Positions 1 through 14,500 of a DNA stretch of 64,000 nt are shown here, in pieces. Positions within the stretch are counted from its first letter, which is position 1. Every line of letters begins with the position of its first letter. Under the pieces are notes generated by a model. The model was not told where the DNA came from, did not search any database, and saw nothing but the letters and a program-made list of their open reading frames with translations. The position numbers and the translations under genes are program-made. The stretch is from Octopus bimaculoides. Taxonomy: Eukaryota. The DNA is taken from positions 33,104,299 to 33,168,298 of the forward strand of contig NC_068983.1 in NCBI RefSeq assembly GCF_001194135.2. The letters are read 5' to 3'.

Positions 1-1200
1 ACTGAATTCTAGAAGGACTGTGTGTTCCGCCCACTTGTAACAATAAAACTTTTCACACATCCTATCCCAACAAACCAAACATCTCTTCCCTTCCTCACAT
101 CTCCTCCTTCATGCTCTCTATTTATCCCTCACTCCCCAATCCTGTCCTCATGGTTCTGTTCACTGTATAATTGCTATCCAGTAGCTCTCCACAAGATATA
201 TATCCAGGTTTTCACCACTCATTACATTGATTGAATCAGAGAATTAGAATAAGTGTGCAGGTGTCTGTGGAATATTCAAGCATTAATTTCCTCAGCAGGA
301 ATTCAGTTTATGAAATACATGTATGCTAATATGTAACATTGATAAAGCATCCACTGATATTGTATATATTTTTAAAACTGTACTTTTCATAATATGTACT
401 TTTCACACATCCTACCCAAACAAACCAAACTATATCTCTTCTCTTCCTCACATCTCCTCCTTCGTGTTCTGTTTCTCTCAAGATATACACCCAGATTTTC
501 CCCACTCACTACATTTCCTCCCTCACTCTCTACCCATGCTTCTTTGGCAATACCCTACCACCCATATTATGACCTCCATACCTCAAGGGTATGTCCTGAC
601 ACTTGCCAGCATATCTCTCTCTCTTCTTTTACTCGACCACCCCATTTATATTCTGATCCCCATCCCTCATGCATATTCCTGGCATTTTGCCACCATCACT
701 CTCCTGTTCTGTCTTGCACTCCTGTTGTCTCCCTCTCTCTCTCTCTCTCCTTCTGCTGCTCTTCCCTCAGGCTGGGTAACCATGTATCTCCTTTACAGCA
801 GCACACCTGTTTTTGTCTTCATTCTTGATCTCTCTCTCTCTCTCCTCCCCCTCCGAGTAACCTTGTACCTCCCCTACAGCAAGACACCTGATTCTCTTTC
901 TGTGTCTCACTATTACCTTTCATCATCTGTCACAAGAAGATTGGATGAAAGGCAAGAATATCTGACTAGATGCCTTGTGGTACTTGTTCCATCTCTTTAT
1001 GTTCTGGGTTCAAATCCTGTCATGACTTACTTTGGTGATAGACTTAATCTGTCACCTGATCTAACATCACTCTGCTGCAAGGTTTCAAGTTTGAGGATGC
1101 ATTCCTTTCTACTACCACCCATCTAGTTTTAAAGGTCCCGCAAAGGGTCGTGAGTTGTGCCTTCTTTTCTGACTGAAGGATAAAAAGAAAAATTAAAAGA

Positions 1201-1270
1201 ACTAAGTGTGATAGTGTTTAAGTTCTATTGCCACTAAGTGTGATAGTGTTTAAGTTCTATTGCCACTAAG
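1201..1270. repeat. Perfect 32-bp tandem duplication
   Basis: actaagtgtgatagtgtttaagttctattgcc at 1201-1232 and 1233-1264, then actaag. Confidence 0.95.
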
Positions 1271-1799
1271 CTAGGTTTCTAAATACAATATCATGTTAAA
1301 ATAGATATTACTTAATAATTACACTTTGCAACACACAACATATAACAGATATTACACTTAATAGATTTAATGTATGTGGGAATATATAGCATTGATGTAG
1401 AAATTTGTTTGATCTAAAGGAAACCATTGATTGATGGGTTGGAATGCTATAACCAATAATACTTTTGATCACAAGTACATGACAAAAAAATTGTGATACA
1501 TTATTATAAACTATTGAAATTTCTATTCTCAACTGAATCTAACAGACTGAGATTAGTTGATTCATGCTCTTCTTAATCAAAGCATATAGCATAATACATT
1601 ATATAAGTGTATTATGTTATATTAAATGTTTGCCCAAGAGGTTCCCTAGAAGTAGCAGATAGTTTTTGTTACCTAGGTGCCTTGATTAACAGTGGAGGAG
1701 GATGTTCTGAAAATATAGTTGCTTGAATAAAAACTGTCTGGAAAAAGATCAGAGAGCTCTAACTTCAACTGGTAACAAAGGGTGTCTCTTTCTGTGAAA

Positions 1800-2190
1800 G
1801 GCAGATTGTACACTACTTGCGTATGAATAGTAATGTTTCAGAATAGTGAGACAGGGGTTTTGAATGCAGAAGATATGAGAAGACTTAAAAGATATGAAAC
1901 ATCAATGTGCATGTATGACAAACCGCAAATGTATTAAGAGAAAAACTGGACGTAGAGAAGTTAGTTGCAATGTTTAAAAGAGAAGACTGTGTTTGGTATG
2001 GTCATGTGAAATGTACGGATGAGAACAGCAGTATAAAGAAGTTGTGATCACCAAACATGGATAGAACCCTTGGAAGAGGGAAACCCAGGAAGACAAAAAT
2101 TGAAGTAACGTTGACCAAACTCAGGATGTTTAGCTTCACCAAAGACTGAGATGATTAACAATTTGCTGAAGAATACTCGTCTGTCTCAAC
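1800..2190 (+). mobile_element. Degenerate RTE-clade LINE 3' ORF fragment
   Basis: Decayed W(Y/F)GHV..RGxPRKT-type coding sequence resembling 2978-3277. Confidence 0.6.
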
Positions 2191-2994
2191 AAAAATAAGA
2201 TCTTATATGCTAAGTTGTTCATGTCATTCCTCTACACCCATTCTATCTTTGTCAAGCCTTCCCAAATCTTATCTTCCTAACATCTACCCTTCCTCTAATT
2301 ATGGCATTAGTTACTCAGCTGCTGTAATTATAACAGCAGAACTGCACATATTTCACCCACGTTAGTGCTTTCTTTTATCAATTCCTTCTCACACGAAAAT
2401 CTACTGAACACTCCTTTCTCCAGAGCTTATCTTATGACTGCCACACCTCACCCTTAATATACTCTCATAACTTCTATCATTCTCAACTCTTCTCTCTGCC
2501 ATCAACAGATCCACCCCACCCCACCTTTGTTCATCACTCCTATGTACTTCTGACCTCCACTGTGTCTCCCCTTCTACTTTTTCTCACTCTCTACATCATC
2601 TCTGTAGCCCTCATATGTCTATGGTTGTTATTACTCCTCTTCAACCCATCTTTCTTGTACTGAAACGTACCACCACCTCCTCCCTGACTCACTCCTGTTT
2701 CCTTCACTGTCACCCCATCAAAAGATGATAGTCACCATCAACCATCCCTCCATCCTCATTTGCCATTCATTACATTCACCTCTATCCCCGTCTCTAGCCA
2801 TCTCTCACTCTCCTTAACAAACCTACCCAAATGTCTCTATTCTCTTTTATACAGAGATAAAACTGAGTAAAATTTAAAATAAGACTGACATACAATATAT
2901 ACAATTTAAAAACACAATATACAATATGTACACACATGCTGAAATACAATATATAAAATACAGAGAGAGAGTTTAAAATGCAATATATACAATA

Positions 2995-3847
2995 TACACA
3001 TACAAACACAAAGTTGGACCTAAGAAGCATCAAATGTGGTGTGCAAGAGAGACGACTGTGCCAGTATGGACATGTGGTGCGAATGGATGAGGACAGCTGT
3101 GTGAAAAAGTGCCACACCCTAGCAGTTGAGGGAATCTGTGGAAGAGGTAGACCCAGGAAGACCTGGAATGAGGTGGTGAGGCAAGACCTTCGAACATTGG
3201 GCCTAACCGAGGCAATGACTAGTGACCAAGACCTTTGGAGATATGCTGTGCTTGAGAAGACCTGGCAAGCCAAGTGAAACCATAACCCGTGGCCTATGCC
3301 AGCAGTGTAACCAGCCTACTTATGCGTTGCTTGCGAAGACCTATTGAGGCAAATGAAATCACAATCAAAATCGCTGATGTGGCTAATGACAGTACTGTCT
3401 GACTGGCACCCGTACCAGTGGAACGTTAAAAGCACCATCCGAGTGTGATCTTTGCCAGGGCTACTGACTGGCTCCTGTGCTGGTGGCACATAAAAAGCAT
3501 CATTCGATGTTACCAGCGTTGCCTTACTGGCACTTGTGCTGGTGGCACGTGAAAAAACATTCGAGCAAGGTTGTTGCCAGTGCCAATGGACTTGCTCCTG
3601 TGCAGGTGGCATATAAAAAAACACCATTTATGCTTGGCTGTCACCAGTACCGTCTGACTGGCCCTCATGCCAGTGCACGTAAAAGTACCCACTACACTCT
3701 CAGAGTGGTTGGCATTAGGAATGGCATCCAGCTGTAGAAACTCTGCCAGATCAGATTGGAGCCTGGTGCAGCCATCTGGCTTGCCAGTCCTCATTCAAAC
3801 TGTCCAACCCATGCCAGCATGGAAAGCAGACATTAAACGATGATGAT
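2995..3847 (+). mobile_element. 5'-truncated RTE LINE: ORF2 C-terminus, 3' UTR and (GAT)n tail
   Basis: ORF 2978..3277 contains RRLCQYGHVVRMDE..GRGRPRKTW. It is followed by the abundant tail ending ccagcatggaaagcagacattaaacgatgatgat. Confidence 0.85.
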
Positions 3848-4764
3848 ATTGTTAGGTCATGAAATTCTGAATTTAGTCCACACATCCCCACTATTACTGC
3901 TATGAAACCTCAGTACATATGTTAGGAACCAATACTCTATTATCACAGTAATCCTTTCTGCTATAGGTACAAGGCCTGAAATTTTTTAAGGGAGATGATT
4001 AATTGATTACATCAATCCCAGTGGTCAATTGGTATTTATTTCATTGACCCTGATCTTGGTAGAACATAGAGACAAACAAAACACTGTTAAGCATTCTGTC
4101 CAGTATACTAATGAATCTGCCAGCTCACCACCTTACCCGACTATTATAAGAAAAGCATTGGAAAATATGTTTCCCCATAGAAATGCCGTCTCCTCTGATG
4201 CTACTATAATGACCTCTATCCCTTGGAGTTGTCTGGTCTCATACCGTCTCCTCCTTCTCTGCTCAGACACAACAGCTGTCTTATCTCCACCACACTTCAT
4301 TCCTGTTGTCCTCCCCACACTAGCAACAATACAATACTCAGTAGTTCCTCTCCAGAAGGTCAGTGTTCTTGAATCTTCTGTTTTTATGTATTTTCTGCAA
4401 CAGTTTAAACAGAAGTTTTCTCAGGGATGCATCAAAGGGCTATGGAAACGTCCCCTTATTCCAGCTTAGCAAGTTAGAAACAAAATTAACAATGCAAGCT
4501 GAAACACCTTTGATAAAAAGCTTGATTAGAGTTGACTTCGGCGCTATACAAATCATTCAGAGACCACCCAATATTTTGGTGGAACATCATACAAAATGAT
4601 GCAACAAGTTCTCTATTGCTTTATCTGGAAGAGGGATGGTTACTTGGCTGATATTGAATTTAATAACATGCAAATCACTGATAGACGAAATGGTAAGTCG
4701 AGCAGGACACCCAGTTAACACGACCAGCTGAGAGCCTTTCATCAGCACATTAATAAAATATAGG

Positions 4765-4975
4765 CAGTGAGCTGACAGAATCATAAGCATGCTGGGCAAA
4801 ATGCTTAGCGGTATTTCGTCTGTCTTTATATTCTGAGTTCAAGTTCCAGCGAGGTTGACTTTGCCTTTCATCCTTTTGGGGGTTGATAAATTAAGTACCA
4901 GTGAAACACTGAGGTCGATGTAATAGACTAGCCCCCTCCTGCACAATTTCAGGCCTTGCACCTATAGTAGCAATG
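4765..4975 (+). mobile_element. tRNA-derived SINE (family C; gagctggcagaa..gttcaa..gaggtcgactttgcc)
   Basis: Near-identical copies at 10290-10523(-), 28295-28500(+), 36925-37072(+), 59880-60098(-) and 61935-62150(+); B-box-like GTTCAAAT. Confidence 0.8.
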
Positions 4976-5284
4976 TTCGTTAATAAAATATTCAATGAAG
5001 AAGAAAAATGGAATGTGAAGACTGGCTGTAAAATTAATAGTCTAAGTATGTCTGTGTGACTGAGAAATTCACTTCCATACCACAATTTTCAAGTTCAGTT
5101 TCCCATGTGAAGAAACTTCTCATGAGCAAGTTTCTTCCACTAGTGCCCCAGATCAACCAAATCCTTGTAAGTGGATTTGCCAGCATTAAACTAATGATGA
5201 CGAACTAAATATTCATATCACATCACGTTTCTCAAGTATGGCAACAACTGTTCATAATCTTGGCAATTTTTATTTTATAAATAA

Positions 5285-5329
5285 AGTAAAAAAGAACAGA
5301 AACAACGTGTTTAAATTTTGAATTTTATT
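5285..5329 (-). terminator. Probable polyadenylation signal of the WBP1/VOPP1-like gene
   Basis: AATAAA on minus at 5329-5324, followed about 20-35 nt downstream by a GT/T-rich element (ttgtttctgttcttttt). Confidence 0.5.
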
Positions 5330-5549
5330 TTATATAAAATAGTCATTGAATTCTTTGCAATTGGTTTTTTTTTTAATTCCTTTATTTTTATTTATTAACA
5401 CTTTTTTCTTCATTAAAAGCACTCTGTAAACAGTTACAAATCAGAGTTTTCATAAGTTTTTATAAGGTACAAAAATACATAATCACAAAAACAGCATAAA
5501 TAAATTAATTGAAATATAATTATATTCATTGCAGTTCTCTTAATATTCT

Positions 5550-5576
5550 TTAATTTGGAGTATAGGGTGGTGCCTG
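5550..5576 (-). CDS. Exon 5, terminal coding part (QAPPYTPN*)
   Basis: Acceptor tttttttatcatatttcag|CAG. In-frame PPY motif then TAA, followed by an AU-rich UTR. Confidence 0.75.
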   Translation of the reverse strand, partial: QAPPYTPN

Positions 5577-8500
5577 CTGAAATATGATAAAAAAATGAAA
5601 GTAGAAAAGAAATGCAGATAAATACACATGTAATATCTTTGCAATGTAACCTTAATTCCCAAAGTCATAAATATTTGACCCAAAAACTTAACCCCAAATT
5701 TTTCTCCATTAAATTGATCTCGCATACATTTGAATCAGTATGAGGTGACGGTTGTTGCTAGGTTGTTACTCAATGTAAAGCAAATACTATCATGAATGAT
5801 ACCCAGGCTACAGTGGAAAAGGCAAGCCACAGGATTTGGTTAAAAGGAGACAATGAGCAAAGCTAGGAGAATATTGAGTCAAGTCTAGTAACCAGTTGAT
5901 CTAGCATGTGAGGTCTTACCTCAGTGAGGAATGAGGACAGATAGTGTGCAATAATGCCATTGAGAGAAGGCCCTAAAATGGCACACATTCTCTCTTTATG
6001 AACTCATAAGCCTGTTAACATCCAGCATATAGAGTGTTCAACTAGTGGCCCTTGTATCTGCAAGTTGACTGCAAATGATTTATTGGAGAATATATTTCTA
6101 TAGAATTTCTTTTTCTGTTTAACTTTCATCATATACATTGAATACATCTCTGTTAGGTACTTAGCATTAAAGTAAATGACTACGACAGAATTTTTTAAAG
6201 TGAGTTAAGTATGGTTGTCAGACCCCCACTCATATCATATCCTTTCCTCATTTCAGGATGGGCATTAGCTGCACTAAGATCATCAGTCTAAAATGCTTTC
6301 ATGACAGTCAAACACATGCCCCTCCTATAATGTATTAGAAACACACAAGGTGTCAAAAGTTCGCTTCATGGTAACAAGTTAACTCAATCTGACTGCATGG
6401 TTTCTTGGTCAAGTTCTGCTCCAGCCTTGAAGAATACTTTCAACTATCTGGGTCCTTGTGCATTTGTTTTAACTTGTTTAACCCTTTAGCATCCAAACTG
6501 GCAATTTCAGGCCCAAATATTGCACATGTTCTACATTCCAACCGACCAAATTTGGCCTCTCATACCTACCATAAAATGTCTAAGATATACTATCACATCA
6601 TTGAAATTTAGAAGCAATGAGATAATGCACAATTAAGTCAACCAATTTCAATAAGCATTATGCTTGACAGAATATTCTGAATGCTAAAGAATTAAAACTT
6701 AGTGTTCATGTCCTGTAAAGGGAATCAACAAACTGATAACTAAGTACCAGACTAAAATAAGTACCTGGAGTTCTTAACTGAACCCTTGATAGTAGTGCCC
6801 CAACATGACCAATGTGGAAAGAAGATATAAACCTTATACCAGAAACAAGTTCTCTTTACATTGATGTACTGCTCAAACACTTGGTTACTGCTCCTCATGG
6901 GTTCATCTTAGCACAGCTATTTTGGGGTATTACTTAAATACAGAGGTCCTATAGGGTTAGGGTTAGTCATTAGGGACCTCTGTATTTAATACTCATTTTA
7001 CTTATTTAGTGTTATTGATTCAACACTGACTTATTTGGCATCAGACATTTTTGTTTCTCTTGTTCGTTCCTGCCTCCTCCTCTCTTTGTGAGCATATTTC
7101 TCTTAATGTGTGTGAGGAGAAGGAAAGTCTATGTCAATGATGTTCAATTAATAAATAAAAATGTTTCTCTCAACCTGTCACTCTCTTTATTCATATATTT
7201 CTGCATGTTCTCATGCACTTGCCTCCACTGCCAAAAAAGTACTAGTCACCAAATCAAGTTGAGTGTCCAGTCATCTGCAGTAAATAATCTCATTTCATCC
7301 CAATATACACACATTCAAAACAAAACAGTCATCTGACTCGCAGGCAAACAGTCATTCACTCACTTCAACCACATGCCATTCTAAAATCTAAATGTTACTA
7401 CAATGATATTTTTCTCCGTATTCAAGCTGCTTATTACCTCCACTGAAGGAGCCTCTAACAAGCACTTGACCTACAAACATGAACTGAACCCCCATATCTT
7501 GGGGATTAAACTATCTATAAGATGGCCTGTTGCATATCATGGTCATTGAAACAGTGTTTCAATTATATAATATCTGCAATTTTGTCACAAATACATTGCT
7601 CTTCCATTACAGCAGTAATTTCTAACTGTTACTTGCAAACTTACTCAATGCTCACTAAATGAAGATATTGTTGTCGTCTCGAAAGTTATAAAAATATGTT
7701 AATCTTCAGAAGATTAATCTAGAATTGAATCATCATCGTTTAACCTTCGCTTTCCATGCTAGCATGGGTTGGACGATTTGACTGAGGACTGGCAAGCCAG
7801 AAGGCTGCACCAGGCTCCAATCTGATCTGGCAGAGTTTCTACAGCTGGATGCCCTTCCTAACGCCCAACCACTCCGAGAGTGTAGTGGGTACTTTTACAT
7901 GCCACCAGCACGAGGGCCAGTCACACGGTCCTGGCAACAGCCTCGCTCAAAAGGTGATTTTTTAAATTCCACCTGCATGGGAGCCAGTCCAGCGGCAATG
8001 GAATATAATTGTTCAGACCCAGTTCTTATCAAACAAGCTCTCTAACTATGTCCATCTTGTCTTTGCAATTTGCTTCTGAGATACAGAGTATCCACAAACA
8101 ATTTAACCAGCATTAAATTTTTTTTTTTTAGGGGGTGCTTTAAGGAAGATTTTTGCTACTACATCTCAAAGGCTGAGCAACCAAGTTAAGAGCAGCTACA
8201 AATGCCTACAACATATGAAAAACAATTTTTTGAAATATAGGCAAGAATCAAAACCACTTTTCCAAATTGATGCAATAACACAGTTTGCTCTAAGTATTCA
8301 ACCAGTATTTTGATATCTTCCTCCTAACAAAGTAAAGACTAAAATTGGGTTGGACCATTAATCATAAACTTTCATAATGCTATGTTTTCCGATATATTTC
8401 AATGATCTTTTTCTCACATTATCTTTCACTGTCCAAATACTAATTGTAACATACTCCTTGACCGGGTTTGAATGCAATGTGTTTAATTTAAAAGTGTAGT

Positions 8501-11500
8501 TTACACACAGATAAAAAAAATAAATGATAAAAATCTTTCAGTTGATAAGATACCAGTGTACTGCAGGTAACATTTTCATTGGGAGAAACTGAACTTAATA
8601 CCAGAAACCACTAATCATATCACTGTTAGAGAGAAATATGTACATACAGTTCCGAGAATATATCAATATTCAACACCTGCTCAAACCAGATGGGAGTTGT
8701 CCATTGAAAGTTGAGATGTTTAACCACACAAACAACAAAATACTGTGTAAGAGACGGACTGTGAACCCATGGTATCCTACCTACCAGCTTAGAGGCTCTC
8801 CCTTTGACTTAAAATGACCTGCTAAAAGCAGAAGCAAAATCTCCCTCTGTTTGTATCCTTTATGTCTTAAGATGAAAGGATATGTAAGATAATGTGATCC
8901 AAGAGACCTGAGAAAAACAGAATGATCACAGGTGGAATTCATTAGGTCACATGTTCACTGTCTGGAAAGATTTAACAGTTACACATCAACAACACCTTAA
9001 TCACTTTGTCAGTATGTCTAATCAGAAAATACAGAAATATGTAAATCTTACCATTTTATAAGGAGGAGGAGCAACAGGATTTGTTGTAAGTGGTTGTACA
9101 GGGACATTGTAGCCTTGGTAAGGTCCGACTACATATGCACCAGGTTGATTTGGTGGCGGTCCATAAACCCGGGTAGCACGAATAATTTGATTATTTCTAT
9201 ATTTTCTTTTGTAGCAGAGATAGGAACAAGAAATTATTCCAAGAAATATTAAGGACCATACAAACCAAAACCCTGAAAATATAAACAAAAAAAAACAATA
9301 GATAAATTACATTTATATTTAACATGAAAGAAAACATTGAATAATATTAACCTACATGTATTTTACATATCAAAAGTTTGATCAATCAAAAATGAGCTGG
9401 AAATAAACAATAAAAATATGAAATACTGAAGTAATATATAGCAGACTAAATGCAGCAGCAATTATTGATGTAATATTATAGTCATTATTATTATTATTAA
9501 TCAGGTCGCTGCCGTGAATCGAACTCGGAACCTTGGGGTTAGTAGCCCGCGCTCTTAACCACTACGCCATATGCCCATAGTCATCATTTATCATTAGTTT
9601 TTCATGTTGGTATGGGTTAGACAGTTTAACTGGACCTAGCAAGCAGCAGGGTTGTACCAAGCTCCAGTATAATCAAAATTTGGCATTAATTTAAAGAAAT
9701 TATTTATAAAATATTTCTATTTATTATCAGTGAAACAATTCCACGAGAGAAACAAGGTCCATCAGATTTCAGTGCCTCTTCTTTAAAAGCCTAATAATGA
9801 ATTAAGTTCATTTATAATCTTGAAATACAAGCTGACAGGAAAGTAAGATCTTCGGTCCTGTCAGAGTCACAAAGTAACCCTGGACATTACTGTCTCAAGC
9901 TGCAGAATTCAAATGGCCAGTTACCATGGTATATAAGATCACAACAGGACACCAGTCAGTCACAGAGTTACTCATTTACAACTGCATGGACTGGAGTAAT
10001 GCGAAATGAAGTTTTCTGCCCAAGAACTCAATGCAACAAATTAACCACTAGGCCACACTCCTTCACAAAACAAGAGAAAGTTATATAAGTACATCCTTGA
10101 CTAAGTACAAGATAAAGAGATTAAATATATCAGTGTGACCCTTTAGAACAAAGTTCCTTATTTCAAAACAATGCTAGCAATTGCAAATCTATATTAGTCT
10201 TTTTAGAGATAAAGAATTTAAAATCTTTATTTTCTCATGTTCAATTACACTCAAACAATAAACTTCAGGTCACAGCAATCAACCAGTGAAAAGAAAAAGT
10301 GTGTGTGTTATTTCTTTACTACCCACAAGGGGCTACACACAGAGGGGACAAACAGATTAAGTCAATTATATCGACCCCAGAGCGTAACTGGTACTTATTT
10401 AATCGACCCCGAAAGGATGAAAGGCAAAGTCGACCTCGGCGGAATTTGAACTAAGGCCGTAGCGGCAGACGAAATACCGCTAAGCATTTCGCCCGGTGTG
10501 CTAATGTTTCTGACAGCTCGCCGTGTGTGTGTGTGTGTGTGTGTGTGCGTGTGTGTGTGTTTAGCATGATAGACACATTGAAGACTTGTACATTATCATC
10601 ATTCAGGGTCTTGTTACATGCTGGCATGTGTTGGACAGTTCAACATTATCCAACAAGCTAGACTTGAGCTGCAATGTCTCTGGTATGAATTCTATGGCTG
10701 GATGCCTTTCCCAATGTCGACCACTTCACAAGAGTGTATTTGGTGCTTTTATTGTGGTACTGGTACTAGTGAGGTTAGCAAATACCTTGCAGGATGAAAC
10801 CACTTAACTGAGTTGGGGTGTAGTACTGAGATTGGTAGCTTTGTATCAGGTGCTGAGAAGGGAAAAAAAACAAGTTTTGCTCTGAAGGAGATACAAGGCT
10901 ACTCCAGCTGAAAAAGGATAAGGACTGATACCGTATGCAATCAAGTCGGTACATGAAGAGATTCAAAGCATTTCCTAGTCTCATGAGGAGGTAATGACTT
11001 TCTGATAAGCTAAAGTATGACAAAAGGTCAAGTACAGGTGTCTTGCTATAGAAGAAATAAAGAGTTACCTTGTATTAAATTAGGTTGGGTTGGAAAAGCA
11101 GGAAAGAAAATAGAGATGATGGTGATGAGAGACCAGAGCAAACTATAAAGGTACAAAAAGGTTTGTATAAAAAGAAAACAGAAAGAAGGGAAGGAATACA
11201 GAGGGAAGTAAAGAGAGGGTGGGTAATTCCATAAGAGTGTGAGAGGAGAGTAACAGATGGTTGGCAGTGAAGTAGAGTAATGAACAAAGATAGAGGTGTA
11301 GTTGATAGGAAATATTGGTACGGAGGGGTTTAGGTGAGAAAGAAGTAGCTCAAGAAGATGGGGATGATGTGCAAAGTGATGTACAATGACACAGATAGCG
11401 GTCAGAGGTACATAAGTGCAGCAATAGTGAATGATGCAATAATGATAGTGAGGGTGGGGTCATCAATGGTAGTTATGAAAGGGCATAGAGAATGATAGCT

Positions 11501-14500
11501 GATATGAAGTGTTAGTGACAAAATATAGCAGGTTTAAGATGTTGTACAGAAGAGGAGGGATAACTAAAGGCACAAACATCCATCATTATTTTAATCTAAT
11601 GTCACTTCAAGTGCATATATTGATATGCCATGCATAAATTTATCCCGAGAATAATATTACCATGTTCCTTTAAATTGAAAAGTAGTGTCCATTTTAGAGT
11701 TACCAAATCTGATTTTTAACTGATATATCTTTGTATTCACAATAGATAATGTGAATTTGGTAAGAGAATATGATAGCATAATTTGACATTTCTGAGAGAC
11801 TTTTGATATTTTGAATAATTAATCAACATGCAAATGTTAGTTTTATGTTCAATGCATGTTAGGTAAGCTTTGCTTTTATGGCTTCTTGACTCAGTTACAG
11901 TTCAATTTAAGACACCCAAGTCTATCAATCAACTTTATATACTCTCGTGTAACAGCAGGTGGAAAGATATACAGGGTGCACCAAATATTTTCACATAAAA
12001 CTTTAGTAGATTATAACTGGGAGATGATTTAACAGTATTTACATGAAATGCATCAAATTCTAACTTGCTCGTTTCTCTTTCAGATATACTGGCAGCATCG
12101 ACATGGCAAATTCCAATCTGATACATGATATAAGGGAAACAGTGCCAACAACTACTGTGACTTGGAGATAACTGGCTTCTTGAACATGAATGGTTGTATA
12201 TTCAGGGTCAGGAAAGAACAGGGGTCTTTTATAAGGATATTCCATTCAGAGCCAAGATGAGAGAATTTTCTCAGCTGCCAAACACTGTCAGGATGACAAT
12301 GCTTGCCCAGTTAGAAGAGGATGTTATCAATGACATTTCCATAAATGAGGGCCATCACCAAGCAATTCAAGATGGCACAGTTCACAATCAGATGAACGGT
12401 GCTCATCAGCCTTGAGAAATACAGGGCTGTTTTTTTCTTGTAAAGCCTGAGACAATATGATCATAAGACACCNNNNNNNNNNNNNNNNNNNNNNNNNACA
12501 ACAGCATGTAGCCCTTTAGCTCTTTTAATCTAAACCTTCTAGACTGCTGCATCTGTAGCACCATCTCTAATGTCATAATACCAAATAATTGTTGGGAGCT
12601 GCAAGGGGAGATGGAATGGGGTAGGGTTCAATTAATCTCGATATGCAATTATTGCAGGGCCACATTGGAGATGTCAATAGGGTTCAGGGTTAGTTTGTTG
12701 AATAACCTGTTTCTGTGATATACTTACTTGAACAGGTTTTTAATTTTTTCCCTGTGCTTATTGAGTTATGGATCATTTCCATAGTCATCCACACAGCAGG
12801 AGATTGGAACAGCATATGAACTGACATCTTCACCAGTATCCCGGAAACTCAAGTAACTGCAACAACCACACTTTCTGCTTTGCGGGGTTAGAGATGGGGG
12901 CAGTACCAATGACATTTGCAGGCTCATGAGAAACTGGTGAGACTAATGCGGCCAATACCAACAACTCCAAATCAATATATACGCAGGAATAAATGTGGGT
13001 GGAGAAATAACTGAGACAGGGATTAGTATGACTAACAGAATGCAATTCATTAAAATGTACCCAAGGACTAACACAGTAGGGTTAAACTAGGTGGCATAAA
13101 ATATAAAGGGTAGACTGTAACAGATTGAAATAATGTTTTCAAATCAAAAATAGACTGTTGTATATTCACAAAATTTACTTATTTTTTCCTGTAAATTTAA
13201 TTATTCTGTTTCTCAGCTGTAACACATTCTCTGAAGTTGTTAACTTTATTTATTGATAAAATTAAATTTTAAAATGCTAATTTATAATTAGAAGCAGTCA
13301 GAGACTAATGTATGTACTAAAAACGGTCGAAACTAGATACTACAAATTTGAATGTAATCTATCAGCATATATTTTTATAAAGCATGTCAATGTCATGCTG
13401 TTCTGAGTCACAATACAAACCTACAGTTTCATCAGCCAATAAGATGAAACTAGCATGCTCTCCAAGTACAATTCCATATCTGGTTTAAAATGTGATTATA
13501 CTTTTACTGATAAAAAAAAATCATTATGGATTTTAACCTTTACCTTCCTCAATTCAATAAAAACTCAATATCCACCACTTGTTACACAAAAGAAAATGAG
13601 AACAGTGTTACAATACTTCATACACTATTTACTAAATCTAATGGTTCTACTGGAATGTGTTGTTAGTGATTCTTATTATCTGGATGTAAAACTCACTGAA
13701 TGACCTGTCCAGTTACCTGATAGTACTCAAACACAACAAACCACCAGAGTAAGAGACCCGTTTGTAATAAAGATAAATGAACAGCAATTATATATAATTA
13801 TAGACAACTAACACCCTTTTGTTTGCTTATGTTTCCTTTTCTTTTCTAGGTATAAGTAGCAAAATGTTTTAAGCATAGATTCACACACACACACAGCAAA
13901 TGAAAAATGTCATAACTACTAATAAATTGGTTAACTACTGAAAGTTTAATTTTCAAGACAGGGACCATAAATGAACAACAGCTTGAAAATGATGGGAAAT
14001 GGAGCCAGTGAAATGGAACATCTTACTTGGAAAGAGAACCATTTTCAGGCAGCTTGCCAGTTCTTTCCTCACTGCGGTGCTGTGTTCATTTTCCTTTTTG
14101 TCTTTTGCTTTTCACAAAGTAATAAAGCAAAAGACAGAAGTAACAAATGGTTCTTGCCAGTTTCACCAGAAACAAGCTACATAAATGCGTAGCAGTCACA
14201 AATCATTTACTTTAATGAAACACAAAAGGTACAGAGTAAAGGACACAGTACTATATGGTCAGTAGACGAGTTAAAATATTTAAAACTGCTACTTGTAAAA
14301 TGCCTAGGTGAAGCAAATGAGAATTCTTATTGCTAGCATAAGAGCTCTTCCATCTCTAGAATGGCAGCCCTGCTGTCCATCCCTAGAATGAATGCTCATC
14401 AATGTAAATTCTCCATGACAGACTGATGTTATATCTTGTGCGAAGGAGAGGGGTGTAAAATATTACAAATACAAAGAAATAATGAAGTTCATCATCATCA

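Noticed and set aside
323-1126. 267-aa ORF
   Set aside because: Low-complexity pyrimidine-rich repeat sequence with no domain or splice support.
12084-12415. ORFs 12060-12245 and 12194-12415, possibly a decayed LINE endonuclease
   Set aside because: No motif could be matched convincingly.
12720-12900. Minus frame CGCCSY..VPISCC resembling a tetraspanin loop
   Set aside because: It is closed by stops on both sides, has no consistent splice phase and no TM exons; likely chance or decayed repeat.
13697-13810. Hydrophobic frame LLLWWFVVFEYYQ before a GTGAGT donor
   Set aside because: There is an in-frame stop upstream with no AG acceptor in between.
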